DNA from: Mobula hypostoma
Taxonomy: Eukaryota
NCBI RefSeq assembly: GCF_963921235.1
Contig: NC_086108.1
Coordinates: 89,716,001 to 89,780,000 of the forward strand
Length of the DNA stretch: 64,000 nucleotides
Direction: 5' to 3'
The notes under the pieces are model-generated. The model had not been told where the DNA came from, did no database searches, and was given only the letters and a program-made list of their open reading frames with translations. The position numbers and the translations under genes were made by a program. Within the stretch, counting starts at the first letter, position 1. Every line of letters begins with the position of its first letter. Below are positions 59,758-64,000 of this stretch, piece by piece.

Positions 59758-62212
59758 CTTTCTTGAAAGCATCCAGAGACCTGGCCTACACTGCCTTCTG
59801 GGACAGCACATTCCACATATCCACCACTCGCTGGGTGAAAAAGTTTTTCAACTACGTTCTAAATGGCCTACCCCTTATCCTTAAACAGTGGCCTCTGCTT
59901 CTGGACCCACCCATCAGCGGGAACATGCTTCCTGCCCCCAGCATGTCCAATCCCTTAATAATCTTATATGTTTCAATCAGATCCCCTCTCATCCTTCTAA
60001 ATTCCAGTGTATACAAGCCCAGTCGCTCCAATCTTTCAACATATGACCGTCCTGCCATCCCGGGAATTAACCTTGTGAACCTACGCTGCACTCCCTCAAT
60101 AGCAAGAATGTCCTTCCTCAAATTTGGAGACCAAAACTGCACGCAATACTCCAGGTGGGATCTCACCAGGGCCCTGTACAGCTGCAAAAGGACCTCTCTG
60201 CTCTTATACTCAATTCCCGTTGTTATGAAGGCCAGCATACCATTAGCTTTCTTCACTGCCTGCTTGCTTTCAGTAACTGATGTCCAAGAACACCTAGATC
60301 TCCTTGTACTTCCCCTTTTCCTAACTTGACTCCATTTAGATAATAATCTGCCTTCCTGTTCTCACCACCAAAGTGGATAACCTCACATTTATCAACATTA
60401 AACTGCATCTGCCATGCATCTGCCCACTCACCCAACCTGCCCAAGTCACCCTGCATTCTCATAACATCCTCCTCACATTTCACACTGCCACCCAGCTTTG
60501 TGTCATCTGCAAATTTGCTAATGTTACTTTTAATCCCTTCATCTAAATCATTAATGTATATTGTGAACAGCTGCGGTCCCAGCACGGAACCCTGCGATAA
60601 CCCACTGGTCACCGCCTGCCATTCCGAAAGGGACCCGTTAATTGCTACCCTTTGTTTCCTGTCAGCCAGCCAATTTTCAATCCATATCAGTACTCTGCCT
60701 CCAATACCATGTGCCCTAATTTTGCCCACTGATCTCCTGTGTGGGACTTTGTCAAAGGCTTTCTGAAAGTCCAGGTACACTACATCCACTGGCTGTCCCT
60801 TGTCCATTTTTGTAGTTACATCCTCAAAAAATTCCATAAGATTAATCAAGCACGATTTCCTCTTTGTAAATCCATGCTGACTTGGACCTATCCTGTTACT
60901 GCCATCCAAATGTGTTGTATTTTCATCTTTTCTAATTGACTCCAGCATCTTTCCCACCACTGACGTCAAGCTAACCAGTCTGTAATTCCGTTTTCTCTCT
61001 CCCTCCTTTCTTGAAAAGTGGGACAACATTAGCCACCCTCCAATCCACAGGAACTGATCCTGAATCTATAGAACATTGGAAAATGATTACCAATGCATCC
61101 ACGATTTCTAAAGCCACCTCCTTAAGTACTCTGGGATGCAGATCATCAGGTCCCGGGGACTTATCAGCCTTCAGACCCAGTCTATCCAACACCATTTCCT
61201 GCCTAATATAAATTTCCTTCAGTTCATCCATTACCCTAGGTCCTTTGGCCACTATTATATCTGGGAGATAGTTTGTGTCTTCCCTAGTAAAGACAGATCC
61301 AAAGTACCTGTTCAACTCATCTGCCATTTCCTTTTTCCCCATAATAAATTCACCCTTTTCTGTCTTCAAGAGCCCAATTTTGGTCTTAACTATTTTTTTT
61401 TCCTTTTCACATACCTAAAGAAGCTTTTACTATCCTTCTTTATATTCTTGGCTAGTTTACCTTCGTACCTCATTTTTTCTCCGCGTATTACCTTTTTAGT
61501 TATCTTCTGTTGCTCTTTAAAAGTTTTCCAATCCTCTGGCTTCCCATTCACCTTTGCTATGTTATACTTCTTCCCTTTTATCTTTATACTGTCCTTTATT
61601 TCCCTTGTCAGCCACGGCCTCCCCTTACTCCCTGTAGGATCTTTCATCTTTGGAATGAACTGATCCGGCAACTTCTGCATTATTCCCAGAAGTACCTGCC
61701 ATTGTTGTTCCACTGTCATCCCTGCTAGGGTATTGTTCCATTGAACTTTGGCCAGCTCCTCCCTCATAGCTCCATAGTTCCCTTTGTTCAACTGTAATAC
61801 TGACACTTCCAATTTTCCCTTCTCCCTCTCAATTTGTAGATTAAAACTTATCATATTATGGTCACTACCTCCTAATGGCTCCTTTATCTCGAGGTTCCTG
61901 ATCAAATCTGGTTCATTGCACAACACTAAATCTAGAATTGCCTTCTCTGTGGTAGGCTCCATTACAAACTGTTCTAACAATCCATCTCGGAGGCACTCCA
62001 CAAACTCCCTTTCTTGGGGTCCAGTACCAACCTAATTCTTCCAGTCTACCTGCATGTTGAAATCCCCCATAACAACTGTAGCATTACCTTTGCTACATGC
62101 CAATTTCAACTCTTGATTCAACTTACACCCTACATCCAGACTACTGTTTGGGGGCCTGCAAATAACTCCCATTAGGGTCTTTCTAACCTTAGAATTTCTC
62201 AGTTCTATCCAC
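59758..62212 (-). mobile_element. CR1 ORF2 fragment of the same subfamily as 10797-13262, lacking its 3' end
   Basis: ORFs 61390-62001, 60971-61369, 60253-61029, 59852-60256. Confidence 0.95.
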
Positions 62213-62544
62213 GATAGAAAAATGGAAAGCTATGTAGGAGCGAAGGGTTAAATTAATCTTAGAGTCGGTTAAAAGATCAGCTCAACATTGTGGGCCGAAG
62301 GGTCTGTACTGTGCAGTGATATTCTAATTTCTATGTTCTACTAAACTGCAATAGAAGAACTTGATATTCAGTTCCGAAGGCTGTAATGTGTAATTCTGAA
62401 GATGAAGTGCTAATCCATGAGCATATGTTGAGCTCCGTCTGGAGTTTTGTCCAAAATCTAGCTGCTTGCACATTCACTGAATGGATGTCAGCCATTTTAG
62501 ATCAGATGACTGAAGTTATCAAGTATGGCTGGAGTCAAAGTCGA

Positions 62545-64000
62545 AGCCATGCCTAAACTATTTCAACTGCCTATGCCCAAAGACCTGCACCGGGACCAGA
62601 GCCCTCCATGGACCACCTATCCAAACTTCTCTTAGAAGTTGAAATTGAGCTCCCATGCATCACTTGTGCTCACAGCTTGTTCAAAAATCACGACCTTCTG
62701 AGTGAAGTTTCCTCTCAAGTTCCTCTGAAACTTTTCACTTTTCACCCTTAAGCCATGACCTCTGGTTGCAGACCCACCCAACTTCAGTGGAAAAAGCCTG
62801 CTTGCATTTACCCCATCTACACCCCTCATAATATTGAATATCTCTATCAAATCTCCTCTCAATCTTCTATGTTCAAAAGAATGCAGTCCTATTCAATCTT
62901 TCCTTATAATTCAGGTCCTCGTAACTTCTGCTGCACTCTTTCAACCTTGTTTACATCTTTCCTGTAGGTAGGTGACCAAAACTGCACCCAATACTCCAAA
63001 TTAGGCCTCACCAACGTCTTATACAATCTCAACATAACACCCCATCTTCTTTATTCAATACATTGATTTATGAAGGCCAATGTGCCAAATCTTTCTTTAC
63101 AAACCTGTCTTCATGTGATTCTTCCAACAAATTCTGTATCTATATTCCTAGATCACTTTGTTCTACCACACTCCTCAGTACCCTACCATTCACTATGTAA
63201 GACCTACTCTGATTGGTCTACCAAAGTGCAAAACCTCGCACTTTTCTGCATTAAATTCCATCTGCCATTTTTCCAGCTTATCAGATCCCTCTGCAAGCCA
63301 TGATAGCCTTCCTCACTGTCCACCGCACCCCCAATCTTAATGTCATCCACAAATTTGCTGATTCAGTTCACTACTTTATCATCCAAATCATTGATATAGA
63401 TGACAAAGGACATAGCTCCGATCCCTGCAACACACCACTAGTCACAGACCTCCAGTCAGAGAGGCAACCATCCAGAACCACTCTCTTGCTTCTCCCAGAA
63501 TTTACTATCTCATTCTGGATGTTAAGTGACTGAACCTTCTTGACCAGCAAACCATGCAGGACCTTGTCAAATGCCTCACTAAAGTCCTCACAGACAACAC
63601 CCACTGCCTTGCCTTCATCCACTTTCCCGGTAACTTGCTCGAAAAAAATCTGTAAGATCAGTTAGACATGATCTACCACACATGAACCCATGCTGACTAT
63701 CCTTAATCAGTCCATGCCTATCCAAATATTTATATATCCGGTCCGTAAGAATGCCTTCTCATGACTTTCCCACAACTGATGACAGTCTCACTAGCCTAAA
63801 ATTTCCTGGTTTCTGTTTAGAGCCTTTTTTAAACAGTGAAACAATATTTGCTATCTTCCAATCCTCTGCTGCCTCTCCTGTTGCCATAGATGATATAAAT
63901 ATCTCTGCTAGGGCCCCGGCAATTTCTGCACTTCCCTCCCGTAGGGTCACGGGAACACCTTGTCAGGCACTAGGAATTTATCCACCCTGATTTACCTCAG
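62545..64000 (-). mobile_element. Degraded CR1 running off the window end
   Basis: DWKIANIVSLFKKG, VTSGVLQGS, RGDLIEIFNIMRG. Confidence 0.9.

Noticed and set aside
1..64000. CRISPR arrays, rRNA or prokaryotic systems
   Set aside because: No regularly spaced repeats or operon structure; the DNA is vertebrate-like with spliceosomal introns.

Overview
Repeat-rich vertebrate genomic DNA, most likely from a cartilaginous fish (inferred from the mix of CR1 LINEs, HE1-like V-SINEs and Penelope-like elements). A large part of the window is transposon-derived. It contains many CR1 copies (one young copy at 4501-8327 has an uninterrupted 999-codon ORF2), Rex1/Babar LINE fragments, Penelope-like (GIY-YIG) fragments with minimal hammerhead ribozymes, a Tc1 element, a Harbinger MITE, a Chapaev3-like transposon, hAT MITEs and two solo LTRs. 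Between the repeats I could assemble by eye a phase-consistent six-exon minus-strand gene of 507 aa (48450 to 10638) that I do not recognise. It lies tail-to-tail with the probable last three exons of a plus-strand gene ending ...QQETNV*. The most notable signals are three. (1) A U-UUA-AAC -1 slippery site sits exactly at the CR1 ORF1/ORF2 junction, and ORF2 has no usable AUG. (2) A population of hammerhead-bearing Penelope termini is present, often inserted as TSD-flanked palindromes. (3) The 507-aa gene is unidentified. All calls are by eye with no database searches, and boundaries of old repeats are approximate.
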